64,000 nucleotides of DNA, from NCBI GenBank assembly GCA_902569095.1, contig CACFSX010000003.1:9533-73532 (forward strand), given 5' to 3'. The notes beneath the pieces are model-generated. The model did no database searches and was not told where the DNA came from. It was given only the letters and a program-made list of their open reading frames with translations. The position numbers and the translations under genes are program-made. This document shows positions 50,798-59,840 of this stretch, one piece after another. The first letter of the stretch is position 1, and each line of letters opens with the position of its first letter. The DNA comes from an uncultured Alphaproteobacteria bacterium (GTDB lineage Bacteria; Pseudomonadota; Alphaproteobacteria; Methylaequorales; Methylaequoraceae).

Positions 50798-51454
50798 TTA
50801 AATAAAATCTGTTCTTTTTCTTATATACTGTAATGCTAGCTCAAGTACTTGGGTTTCATTTATTTCTGATGTATCAATCTTGAAGCTGTCAAACGCAGGC
50901 TTGAGGGGTGAAATGTTTCTTTCAGAATCATCCATATCTCTTTTCCTCATGTTTTCAATTGTATTAGAATACTCTGATGAACTTAGTTTTAATTGTTGAT
51001 TTCTTCTAGAGGCTCTAATTTCGACATCTGCATCTATAAAAAATTTTACTTCTGCATTGGGAATAATTATTGTTCCAATATCTCTGCCGTCAATTATAGA
51101 ACCTTTACCATTGGGAGGGTTGTTGGCAAAGTTTCTTTGAAAGTTTACAAGTGATTTTCGAACTTCATTTGATTGTGAAATTTGGGATGCACGCTTGGAA
51201 ATTTTTTCTGACCTTAAAACATCTAATGTTTTGGTACTTTTAAACCATTTATCAAAATCTATATTAGTTGGTGATTGGCCTTTACCCTTCTTAATACTTT
51301 CAAAAGCATAAATTCTGTAGAGAAGACCAGTGTCTAGATGATCAAAATTTAGTTTTTCTGATAAATTCATTGCAAGTGTGCCCTTCCCCGATCCTGCTGT
51401 TCCATCGATTGCTATTACCGGTTTACAATTTTTGAAAATATTCAATTTTGGCAC
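50798..51454 (-). CDS. cmk: cytidylate kinase
   Basis: P-loop IAIDGTAGSGKGTL. Confidence 0.9.
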   Translation of the reverse strand: MPKLNIFKNCKPVIAIDGTAGSGKGTLAMNLSEKLNFDHLDTGLLYRIYAFESIKKGKGQSPTNIDFDKWFKSTKTLDVLRSEKISKRASQISQSNEVRKSLVNFQRNFANNPPNGKGSIIDGRDIGTIIIPNAEVKFFIDADVEIRASRRNQQLKLSSSEYSNTIENMRKRDMDDSERNISPLKPAFDSFKIDTSEINETQVLELALQYIRKRTDFI

Positions 51455-52742
51455 CTAAATTCTGAAAAAGTTCTTTGAAAGTTGGAAAGGATGTTTTTAT
51501 CATTTCCATTTCATCAATAACTATAGACTTATTTGAAAAAAACCCAAAAATAAGCATTGACATTGCTACTCTGTGATCGCTCTCTGTTTCAACTTGATTA
51601 CCTCCTTCTTGTTTTTTTTCCCCAAAAATTTTTATAAAATCGTGTCCTAATTTCAACTTCACCCCATTTTTAGATAATGCATTTGACATTGAAGCAAGTC
51701 TATTACTCTCTTTAACTTTTAATTCATTTAAACCATAAAACTCTGAAACTCCTGATGCAAAAGAAGCTGCAACGAATAATATCGGATATTCATCAATAAG
51801 TCTCGGAACAATGTTTTTATTAACCACTGTACCAACTAAATTGGAACTTTCGACTTCAATATCACCAACAACTTCACCATTAAAATTTCTTCTATTTTTA
51901 ATACTTATATTAGCATTCATTTTTTTTAAAACATCAAGTAGACCAGTCCTGTAGTAATTAAGACCAACATCTTTTAATTTTACTTTACTTTTTTTTGAGA
52001 GAAGTACTGCCACTATAACGAATGCAGCAGAACTAAAATCTCCAGGAATTCTTAATTCTTTAGGTTCAAGAAAGTTTGGTGAAGTTAATTTAATCACATT
52101 TTTTTCCTTGACAAGGTTTGCTCCTAAAAATTTAAGCATTATCTCCGTGTGATCTCTAGATGGAATTTTTTCAACAATTTTAGTTGTGCCTTTAACATTC
52201 AAAGCTGCAAGTAAAATACAACTTTTCACTTGGGCAGAACCAACATTCAAAGTATGGTTTATTGGAACATGTTGGTTATTATTATTGAAAACTTTAATCG
52301 GAAGAAAACCGTCATTGTGTTTTATAGACACATTCATTTCCTGTAGAGGGTCAACTATTCTTTTCATTGGTCTAGATGATAATGATTGATCACCTGATAA
52401 TGTTGCATTGACTTCGCTAGTACTGAGCAGACCAGCCATTAGTCTCACTCCAGTTCCAGAATTTCCAAAATCTAAAATTTTTTGAGGATCAGAAAAAAAC
52501 CCTCCTTGTCCGAAAACTTCATAATAAGAATTTTTTTTAATTATTTTAATTTTTAAATTTTTAAGAACTTTCAAAGTGTTGATAACGTCCTCGGACTCTA
52601 AGAGCTTGAAAACTTTTGTATTTCCAAGGCATGTTGACGATATTATCAGTGATCTAATGGAAATTGATTTATCTGACGGAACATTAATGATTCCATTTAG
52701 TGGTTTACTTTTTGAAGATTTAAGAGTAATAGTTTTTTTCAT
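51423..52742 (-). CDS. aroA: 3-phosphoshikimate 1-carboxyvinyltransferase
   Basis: EPSP synthase motifs (GNSGTGVRL, LGANL) collinear over 439 aa. Confidence 0.9.
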   Translation of the reverse strand: MKKTITLKSSKSKPLNGIINVPSDKSISIRSLIISSTCLGNTKVFKLLESEDVINTLKVLKNLKIKIIKKNSYYEVFGQGGFFSDPQKILDFGNSGTGVRLMAGLLSTSEVNATLSGDQSLSSRPMKRIVDPLQEMNVSIKHNDGFLPIKVFNNNNQHVPINHTLNVGSAQVKSCILLAALNVKGTTKIVEKIPSRDHTEIMLKFLGANLVKEKNVIKLTSPNFLEPKELRIPGDFSSAAFVIVAVLLSKKSKVKLKDVGLNYYRTGLLDVLKKMNANISIKNRRNFNGEVVGDIEVESSNLVGTVVNKNIVPRLIDEYPILFVAASFASGVSEFYGLNELKVKESNRLASMSNALSKNGVKLKLGHDFIKIFGEKKQEGGNQVETESDHRVAMSMLIFGFFSNKSIVIDEMEMIKTSFPTFKELFQNLGAKIEYFQKL

Positions 52743-52785
52743 TCCTATTATATGATATATAATTTATTTACTTTATTAATGAAAG

Positions 52786-53091
52786 TTGATTATGGAAAAA
52801 CTTGACAGAGGCGCAAAGAGAAAATGCACAAAATGTAACACACTTTTTTTTGATTTTGGGAAATATCCTATTGTCTGTCCAAATTGTGGTGCAGATGTAA
52901 ACTCACTTTTAACTAATGTTTCAAGAAGGGGAAGACCTCCAAAGATTACAAAACCTGAAAATAATCAAGAAACAGACGAGATTGAAATTCAAGACATTGA
53001 GGATGACGAATCAACAAATGCTGAAGATGATGATACCCAGGAATCTAACGTCGAGGATATTGTTGAAATTGAGAGAGAAACAGATTCCTAG
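52786..53091 (+). CDS. TIGR02300 (FYDLN_acid) family protein
   Basis: Cys4 region CTKCNTLFFDFGK.PIVCPNCG (FYDLN-like) followed by a basic segment and an acidic C-terminal tail. Confidence 0.6.
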   Translation: MIMEKLDRGAKRKCTKCNTLFFDFGKYPIVCPNCGADVNSLLTNVSRRGRPPKITKPENNQETDEIEIQDIEDDESTNAEDDDTQESNVEDIVEIERETDS

Positions 53092-53141
53092 TTATTTAAT
53101 CGGAACGTATTTTTTTTACAGTTATAACTGAAAATATTTTT

Positions 53142-53217
53142 GGGGCTGTAGCTCAGTTGGGAGAGCGTCTGGATGGCATTCAGAAGGTCGTCGGTTCGAT
53201 CCCGTCCAGCTCCACCA
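53142..53217 (+). tRNA. tRNA-Ala (anticodon GGC), CCA encoded
   Basis: GGGGCTGTAGCTCAGTTGGGAGAGCGTCTGGATGGCATTCAGAAGGTCGTCGGTTCGATCCCGTCCAGCTCCACCA carries the G3:U70 Ala identity pair and anticodon loop AUGGCAU. Confidence 0.85.
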
Positions 53218-53299
53218 AAATTTATTTTTGATATAAGTATGAATATTAAAATGATTTATATATCAAAGAATATTATTCAAATTAATTCTGTCATGATTA

Positions 53300-53383
53300 T
53301 TAAATTGATTTATGTAATAATTTATTGTAATTTTTAAAAGAATGCTTTTTAAGGTTCGTATCTATTGCTCGAATTGAGGATTT
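53300..53383 (+). promoter_or_regulatory. ROSE-like RNA-thermometer hairpin sequestering the hsp20 Shine-Dalgarno
   Basis: 5'-UUGCUC GAAUU GAGGAU-3' (53365-53381) ends 3 nt before the ATG. UUGCUC pairs with GAGGA through C-G, U-A and C-G pairs plus G.G and U.U non-canonical positions, as in the ROSE UUGCU/AGGA module. Confidence 0.4.
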
Positions 53384-53842
53384 ATGAGTAGAATGTCAGT
53401 GTTTAATAGCCCTTTTCTATTGGGATTTGACCATTTTGAAAGAACAATAGATAGGATTTCAAAACTTTCAAGTGATTCTTATCCACCATACAATATCGAA
53501 CAAACATCACCAAACAGTATCAGAATAACGATAGCCGTTGCAGGCTTCAACAAAAAAGATTTGGATATAAGTTTGGAAGGTAATCAACTTCAAATTAGAG
53601 GAGGTAGAGAAGATAGTGATTCTGAAAAGATATATATACATAGAGGAATTGCAACCAGGCAGTTCCAAAGAAATTTTATTTTAGCTGATGGCATAGAAGT
53701 TGAAGAAGCTTCAATGGATAATGGATTGTTATTTATTGATTTGTCTCAGCCAATTAGTAACGAGGAATCAAAAAAGATTGAAATTAAAGATAAAAATAAT
53801 AAAATAAAAGATAAGTTAATCAGTTTTGGAAGCGAAAAATAA
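53384..53842 (+). CDS. Hsp20/alpha-crystallin family small heat-shock protein
   Basis: Alpha-crystallin domain (YNIEQTSPNSIRITIAVAGF...DISLEGNQLQIRG...GLLFIDL). Confidence 0.85.
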   Translation: MSRMSVFNSPFLLGFDHFERTIDRISKLSSDSYPPYNIEQTSPNSIRITIAVAGFNKKDLDISLEGNQLQIRGGREDSDSEKIYIHRGIATRQFQRNFILADGIEVEEASMDNGLLFIDLSQPISNEESKKIEIKDKNNKIKDKLISFGSEK

Positions 53843-53844
53843 AA

Positions 53845-54063
53845 ATGCCGAAGTTTGATAATTCTACAAGTTTTGATTTTCTTGAATATGGGAATGCCTC
53901 CCTAGCTTTTGTGAAAAAAGAGATTCACAAAGAAGAAAATTTTACGACTGATGTTTTTTCAGTTTATTGTGCAGATGGAACCCTTCTTGCAGCCTTTGAT
54001 AGTAAAGAATCAGCTATAGCTGCTATTCTTCAGTCTGGTTTAGAACACATCAACCTTCATTAG
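53845..54063 (+). CDS. DUF1150 family protein
   Basis: 72-aa ORF 2 nt after hsp20; the hsp20-DUF1150 pairing is typical of alphaproteobacteria; pattern FDFLEYGNASLAFVKKE. Confidence 0.55.
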   Translation: MPKFDNSTSFDFLEYGNASLAFVKKEIHKEENFTTDVFSVYCADGTLLAAFDSKESAIAAILQSGLEHINLH

Positions 54064-54506
54064 ACTTTTCCAAAAAATTTATAAATTTCTTTTGAATTTT
54101 TTAAACGTCTAAGCTTCTTAACAAAACTTTCATTTTTAACAAAACTAGAGATTGAAGATAAAACCAATAAATGTTCAGATTGGCAATTTTTTGGTGCCAG
54201 AATTACAAAAACTAAATCTACATATTTTTTGTCTTGTGCAGAAAAATCAACTGCAGATTTTAATTTAAGAAATAAAACCATCGTTTTGTCTATCAGACTT
54301 ACTTTTGAATGAGGGATTGCGATTCCGTTGCCTATTCCAGTTGAGCCCAATCTTTCTCTTTCATTTAATTTTTCTATAATCTTAGAGCCTTCTTCTAAAT
54401 CATCTTTTGCAAAATAATTAGCGACAAACTTAAAAAGATTTTTTTTACTGTCAACATCAACATCAACAAGAATTGAATCAGGACCAATAAATTCAATTAA
54501 TTTCAT
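54060..54506 (-). CDS. ptsN: PTS EIIA(Ntr) nitrogen-regulatory protein
   Basis: Fructose/Ntr-type EIIA with phospho-His in GIAIPHSKV. Confidence 0.8.
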   Translation of the reverse strand: MKLIEFIGPDSILVDVDVDSKKNLFKFVANYFAKDDLEEGSKIIEKLNERERLGSTGIGNGIAIPHSKVSLIDKTMVLFLKLKSAVDFSAQDKKYVDLVFVILAPKNCQSEHLLVLSSISSFVKNESFVKKLRRLKNSKEIYKFFGKV

Positions 54507-55081
54507 TTTTTAGGGTCCACCCAGCCGATATTTCCATCTGATCTTCTATAAAGAATATTTAGCCTCTTAGAATTAATATTTTTAAAGAAAATAGCATTCT
54601 GATCCTTTAAGTTCATAAGCATTATTGCCTCACTCACAGAGATAGTTTTTATAATATCGTCAGATTCAGCAATTATAACTGGATCATACAAACTTTCTTT
54701 ATTATTTTTGCGTTCTGGATCTTGAATTATATATTGGTTTGCTTTTAGATTTTTCAGTGTTTTTCTATTTTTCAATCTATGATCAGTCAGTTTCCTGTGA
54801 TAGCGTCGAAGTCTTTTTTTTATCTTTTCATTTGCAACATTGAACGCACCATAGGCATCATTGCTCCCAGCGTTACCTTGAATAAATATAGCACTGTCAA
54901 TGTGAATGTTAATTTCACATCTAAAGTTAAATGTATCCTTAGAAAAAAGAACATTGCCACTTATAAAACTATCAAAATATTTTTTGAGTGTATTTGCCAA
55001 CGAATCATTGACATAGTCGGTTAGAGATTTACCTACTTTAGTTTGCTTACCTGAAACAGATATTTTATTTAAATCAATCAA
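54503..55081 (-). CDS. hpf: ribosome hibernation promoting factor, long form
   Basis: N-terminal S30AE domain plus C-terminal extension; 192 aa. Confidence 0.85.
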   Translation of the reverse strand: MIDLNKISVSGKQTKVGKSLTDYVNDSLANTLKKYFDSFISGNVLFSKDTFNFRCEINIHIDSAIFIQGNAGSNDAYGAFNVANEKIKKRLRRYHRKLTDHRLKNRKTLKNLKANQYIIQDPERKNNKESLYDPVIIAESDDIIKTISVSEAIMLMNLKDQNAIFFKNINSKRLNILYRRSDGNIGWVDPKK

Positions 55082-55854
55082 AAATCATTACCCAGATAGA
55101 ACGTTCTTACATTTTTATTTTTAATTATTTCATCAGGTCTTCCTTTGAAAAGAACTTTTCCTTCAAAAATAATGTATGCTCTATCTACAATCTCTAAAGT
55201 GCTTTTTACGTTGTGATCAGTCATCAAAACACCAATGTTTCTATTTTTTAGATTTTGAATTAATTTTTTTACATCTTGAATTGCTATAGGATCAATTCCA
55301 GCTAATGGCTCATCTAACAGAATAAAGTTAGGGTTAGACGCCAAACACCTAGCTATTTCTAATCGTCTTCTTTCTCCTCCAGATAAAGACATAGAGGACG
55401 CATATCTTAGGTGTTCTATTCCAAATTCTGCCAACAAGTCTTCAAGTTTTTTTTGTTTTATTTCAGTTGATTTTTCAGTTTTTTCCAATATCGAAAGAAT
55501 GTTTTCTTCAACATTCATTCCTCTAAATATCGACGATTCTTGAGGTAGATAACCTAACCCTAATTTCGAACGTCTATACATTGGGAATTCCGAAATTTCT
55601 TTCTTATCGAGATTTATAGACCCACTATCAGCTTTGATAAGACCCATGGTAATATAAAATAATGATGTCTTACCCGCTCCATTTGGACCTAGCAGAGCAA
55701 CAGATTCTCCTCTGTTAAGGTCAAGTGAAACATTATCCAAAATTCTTTTATTATCATAAGATTTCGTGACATTTTTTACTTCCAACCCTTTATTATTTAC
55801 TGCAATAAAAGGAATATCAATTTGACTCATCTGGATCCACTCCTCCCTTATCAA
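55078..55854 (-). CDS. lptB: LPS export ABC transporter ATP-binding protein LptB
   Basis: Walker A (GPNGAGKTS), LSGGERRR and Walker B (LLDEP). The real start is probably the internal MSQIDIP at about 55830. Confidence 0.9.
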   Translation of the reverse strand: MIREEWIQMSQIDIPFIAVNNKGLEVKNVTKSYDNKRILDNVSLDLNRGESVALLGPNGAGKTSLFYITMGLIKADSGSINLDKKEISEFPMYRRSKLGLGYLPQESSIFRGMNVEENILSILEKTEKSTEIKQKKLEDLLAEFGIEHLRYASSMSLSGGERRRLEIARCLASNPNFILLDEPLAGIDPIAIQDVKKLIQNLKNRNIGVLMTDHNVKSTLEIVDRAYIIFEGKVLFKGRPDEIIKNKNVRTFYLGNDF

Positions 55855-56650
55855 TAAGAGCTCTTACTTTGTTCTCATTTAATTTATTTCCGGGTGCTGG
55901 CAATAACTTGCTGATGCCATTTTTAAGATCAACTTCAGCGTATTCACCTATCAAAAAACTCTCTCCTCTTTGCAGTTTTACATTTCCAAATAATTTGCAA
56001 ATTTCAGTTTCATTATTATAAATAGCTTTATCACTAAATGCTACTTCATTATTAGTTTTAATCGAAACATTATCAAATCCTAGAAGTTTTTTTACTGTGG
56101 TTTTCTGATTCTTTTCCTGAAGATACCAAACCAACTTATCAGCTAATACTAGAAACTCATTGTCCTTTTTGGCTTCGGCCTTTCCTGTTGCAATAGCAAT
56201 ATTTTTTGATCTCCAGTATTCTAATTTTTTATTAGATTTTAAAATATTTTTTTCAGATGTAAGAATTATATTCTTTCCAGTAATCAGAAAATAATCTTTA
56301 AGAATTTTATATTCTGCATACTCTCCACCTGTAATTTTCATTTTTTTATCTTTTACAACAACATTTTTTTTTGCTTTCACTTCTGTAATGTTCATATCTG
56401 ATGATTCGTTCTCTTTGTAAAAAGCTTCTATTTTGTCAGATTCCACAGATAAATTTCCACTCAAGGCTTTTGCATTTCCAAGTGCAACGTATTTATTTTT
56501 ATTTTTATGCCATTCAATTCCATCATCAGCGAAAATTTCGATAGGTTCGTTATTATTATCAAAATTTGTCAGTTGTTGTGGTTCAGAAACCGTGAAATTT
56601 ACACAGAATAAAAGGATTGTAATATAGAAAGTTTTAAAAATTTTTTTCAT
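55817..56650 (-). CDS. lptA: LptA/OstA-N family periplasmic LPS transport protein (277 aa)
   Basis: Signal peptide plus repeated OstA-N beta-jellyroll strands (ALGNAKALSGNL..., FLITGKNIIL..., ATGKAEAK..., LFGNVKLQRG...). Confidence 0.65.
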   Translation of the reverse strand: MKKIFKTFYITILLFCVNFTVSEPQQLTNFDNNNEPIEIFADDGIEWHKNKNKYVALGNAKALSGNLSVESDKIEAFYKENESSDMNITEVKAKKNVVVKDKKMKITGGEYAEYKILKDYFLITGKNIILTSEKNILKSNKKLEYWRSKNIAIATGKAEAKKDNEFLVLADKLVWYLQEKNQKTTVKKLLGFDNVSIKTNNEVAFSDKAIYNNETEICKLFGNVKLQRGESFLIGEYAEVDLKNGISKLLPAPGNKLNENKVRALIDKGGVDPDESN

Positions 56651-57218
56651 TGATTAGTTTCAATTTTGTTTTTCCTCTAAAAAAGATTTGTTCACCGTTG
56701 TTAAAGATTTTAAATCCTTCTGAAACAATAACTGAATTATTTTTTTTCCCATTTACTTTCTTGTTTCCTGATAGAATTTCTTTTTTAAAATCGAAATTTA
56801 TTTCAGAAGTTGTAAATGTCATATTTTCATTGTTATTAAATTTCACATTACCTTTTACTTCTAGTTGATCAACATTTTTATCAAATATTCCATTGTCACC
56901 GCTCAAGAAAAACCTTTCTTTTCCAGAAGAAATTTCTCCAGTTGGTTTTTCGAGATTAAAAATATTCGGTGCTTCCTTAAGTCTAGTTGCTTTATTAGCC
57001 ATTACTTTGAAGGGTTGATTTTTTTTATCAATACCCATAAAGGTAGGTTTATGTAAAACTTGCTTAACTGATTGAAAATCGCCTTCTTTGTACGAATAAT
57101 CAGTGAATATTTTTTCTTTTTCAATGGAGTTATTGTTATAAATTACTAGAATTAAAATCAAAATTGAAGAAAAAAAAAGAATATATTTAAGGCTTTTTAT
57201 AAATACTGAATAATTCAT
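56634..57218 (-). CDS. lptC: LptC
   Basis: N-terminal TM anchor, small periplasmic beta-rich protein, position upstream of lptA. Confidence 0.6.
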   Translation of the reverse strand: MNYSVFIKSLKYILFFSSILILILVIYNNNSIEKEKIFTDYSYKEGDFQSVKQVLHKPTFMGIDKKNQPFKVMANKATRLKEAPNIFNLEKPTGEISSGKERFFLSGDNGIFDKNVDQLEVKGNVKFNNNENMTFTTSEINFDFKKEILSGNKKVNGKKNNSVIVSEGFKIFNNGEQIFFRGKTKLKLINEKNF

Positions 57219-57223
57219 AATAT

Positions 57224-58198
57224 TTAATTATTTTTTAGTATGTCGTGCATATGAATAATACCAATAGGTTTTTTTTGTTTAGTAATAAAAATATTTGTAA
57301 TTGATTCCTCATTCATAATTTTTAGTGCTTTTGATATCAGAGTACTAGGTGATAAGGTTTTAGGTTTTTTTGTCATTATTTCTTTGACATTTTTATCAAG
57401 TAAGTTTGGATTCATATTACGCCTAATATCTCCATCAGTAATAATTCCAATCAGTTCATTTTGTTCTGATATTACCCCAACACAACCCTCTCCCTTCGAG
57501 GTCATTTCTAGGATTGCATGACTCATTTTTTTTGATTCAACTATCAATGGTATATCTAGATTAATTTTCATAACATCTTTGACTTCAGATAACATTTGTC
57601 CCAACTTTCCTCCTGGGTGGAGCTCTCTGAAATCACTTTCTGTAAATTTTTTTTTTTTTAATAAAGTTACAGCTAGAGCATCTCCTAAAGCTAAAGTACA
57701 TGTTGTGGAGCTAGTTGGAGCCAGTTCAAGTGGGCACGCCTCAACACTTTTAGGTATTAAAAGATTTAGAGTTGACTCTCTTGAAAGGGTGCTGTTTAGC
57801 TCACTTGTAATAGATATTATTGGTATCCTTAACTTCTTACAGTATAAAATCAAATTAATAAGTTCTGAGGTTTCTCCTGAGTTGGAAATTAAAATAACAG
57901 CATCTTTTTTTTCAAGCATACCTAGATCTCCATGGTTTGCTTCGGATGGATGAATATAAAATGAAGGTGAACCTACTGAAGAGAGAGTAGATGCAATTTT
58001 TGAAGCTATGTGACCGCTTTTTCCAATACCTGACACAACTATCTTTCCCTTATTCTTAAAAAGTAAATTTACAACTTTGACAAAATCCTTTGAAATATAT
58101 TTCTTCAGCAAATTAAGTGCTTTAATCTCAATATCAATAACTTGTCTTCCTGTTTTAATTTCCATATTTCTTTTAGTGTGAAAAAATATCAGTATCAA
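57224..58198 (-). CDS. kdsD: arabinose-5-phosphate isomerase (KpsF/GutQ family)
   Basis: SIS domain (GIGKSGHIA, SNSGET) plus tandem CBS domains. Confidence 0.85.
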   Translation of the reverse strand: MILIFFHTKRNMEIKTGRQVIDIEIKALNLLKKYISKDFVKVVNLLFKNKGKIVVSGIGKSGHIASKIASTLSSVGSPSFYIHPSEANHGDLGMLEKKDAVILISNSGETSELINLILYCKKLRIPIISITSELNSTLSRESTLNLLIPKSVEACPLELAPTSSTTCTLALGDALAVTLLKKKKFTESDFRELHPGGKLGQMLSEVKDVMKINLDIPLIVESKKMSHAILEMTSKGEGCVGVISEQNELIGIITDGDIRRNMNPNLLDKNVKEIMTKKPKTLSPSTLISKALKIMNEESITNIFITKQKKPIGIIHMHDILKNN

Positions 58199-58820
58199 CG
58201 AAATCTAGTCGATCCAGCTTTATTCTGGTTGAAAGAAAAGAAAATAATGCTTTTGCAATATCTAACCTTTCCTCTCTATCAAGCATCTCCTCGAGGATTT
58301 TTTTTAATTCAAAAAGATGAATTACGTCATGTGTGGCATATCTCACCTGGCTCTCGGACAATTTTTGTGAGGACCAATCTGAGGATTGCTGAGATTTATT
58401 TAGATCAACAGACAAAAGTTCTTTACACAATTCTTTAAGTCCATGTTTGTCAGTATAGGTTCTAACGAGTTTTGATGCTAATTTTGTGCAAAATATGTTT
58501 TCAATGTTAATCTGAAAGGTTTTTTGTAGAATCGCAACGTCAAACCTCGCGTAATGAAATATTTTCTGAATTTTGTTGTTATTTAATATTTTTAAAACTT
58601 CTTGGTTTTTGTTTGAAAATTTTGGGTTTTTCTTTGTGAATTGAACTAAATGACATTCTTCTTTTGAGAAAGCAAACTGTATAAGGCAAAGCCTATCTCT
58701 TATTAAACTTAAACCTGTGGTTTCAGTATCAATTGCGACGATTTTTGGAATTTTTATTTTTGCTGGAAGATCGTCTTGATGCAAAAAAATTTTTGATTCG
58801 CCAAATTTAAAAGTTTTCAT
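58173..58820 (-). CDS. 3'-5' exonuclease domain protein (RNase D-like, DEDDy)
   Basis: Exonuclease I motif VAIDTETTGL and YATHDV (Exo III) near the C-terminus. Confidence 0.7.
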   Translation of the reverse strand: MKTFKFGESKIFLHQDDLPAKIKIPKIVAIDTETTGLSLIRDRLCLIQFAFSKEECHLVQFTKKNPKFSNKNQEVLKILNNNKIQKIFHYARFDVAILQKTFQINIENIFCTKLASKLVRTYTDKHGLKELCKELLSVDLNKSQQSSDWSSQKLSESQVRYATHDVIHLFELKKILEEMLDREERLDIAKALFSFLSTRIKLDRLDFVDTDIFSH

Positions 58821-58882
58821 TTTTCGATATTTTTATTTATGATATTAATACCAAAGTTGTAAGATAAATAGCAAAAAAAAAA

Positions 58883-59836
58883 ATGAATAGAAAAATAAGT
58901 GGAAAAAAAGTAGTAGTTTTTGGTGGTAAAGGATTCGTAGGTTCTCACCTAGTAAATCTTTTATGCAAGAACGCATGTCAAGTTGATATTATCACAAGGA
59001 GTGAAAATAAAAAGCTTGACTTTTTTTTAGGTAGTGAACCAGGACAAGTCAGTGTGAAAAAGATAGAAGATTTTTCTGAAAACAATTTAGATAATTTAGT
59101 TAAAGATGCAGATATAGTTTATAACTTGATTGGAATCCTTTATGAAACAAAGAGAAATAATTTTAATGATGTACACGTTAATATTCCACGAGAGATAGCA
59201 AGTGCCGCAAAAAAAAATGGTGTGAGAAATTTTATTCATCTTTCTGCTTTAAATATTGAAAAATCAAATAGATCTTTGTATTCAAATTCAAAACTTTTAG
59301 GTGAGAAAGTTGTAAAAGAAAAATTTCCAAATTGCGTTATTCTAAGACCAAGTGTAGTTTTTGGGAAAAGAGATAGTTTTACAAACTTCTTTCTAAGAAT
59401 GTCTACTTTCAGTCCTTTCTTACCCCTTATTGGCACACCTGAAATAAAAAAAAAGGGATTGATTCCAATTTTAAACTTTAATAAAAAAGTAAGATTTCAG
59501 CCTATCTATGTTGGTGACCTTGTTTCTTTTATGATAAATACTTGTTTGCTGAAAAAAAAAATTTTTGATCTTTCAGGCCCAACAATTCAATCTTTCGATG
59601 ATATATTCGATATAATTCTCTCAGTAAAAAAAAGAAAAAGACTTTATTTGCCTATACCCTTTTTTTTAGCAAGAATTTTAGCCTTATTTATGGAAGCAAT
59701 TCCCAACCCACCACTTACACGAGATCAAGTAAGACTATTAGAGTACGATAATATATCAGCAAAAGGATTCGAAAATTTAAAACAATTTGTTAGAAACCCC
59801 TCTTCATTAAAGACAATCGCAGAAACTTATCTTTGA
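58883..59836 (+). CDS. NAD(P)-dependent epimerase/dehydratase (complex I NDUFA9-like SDR)
   Basis: N-terminal VFGGKGFVGSHL Rossmann motif; 317 aa. Confidence 0.65.
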   Translation: MNRKISGKKVVVFGGKGFVGSHLVNLLCKNACQVDIITRSENKKLDFFLGSEPGQVSVKKIEDFSENNLDNLVKDADIVYNLIGILYETKRNNFNDVHVNIPREIASAAKKNGVRNFIHLSALNIEKSNRSLYSNSKLLGEKVVKEKFPNCVILRPSVVFGKRDSFTNFFLRMSTFSPFLPLIGTPEIKKKGLIPILNFNKKVRFQPIYVGDLVSFMINTCLLKKKIFDLSGPTIQSFDDIFDIILSVKKRKRLYLPIPFFLARILALFMEAIPNPPLTRDQVRLLEYDNISAKGFENLKQFVRNPSSLKTIAETYL

Positions 59837-59840
59837 GAAT

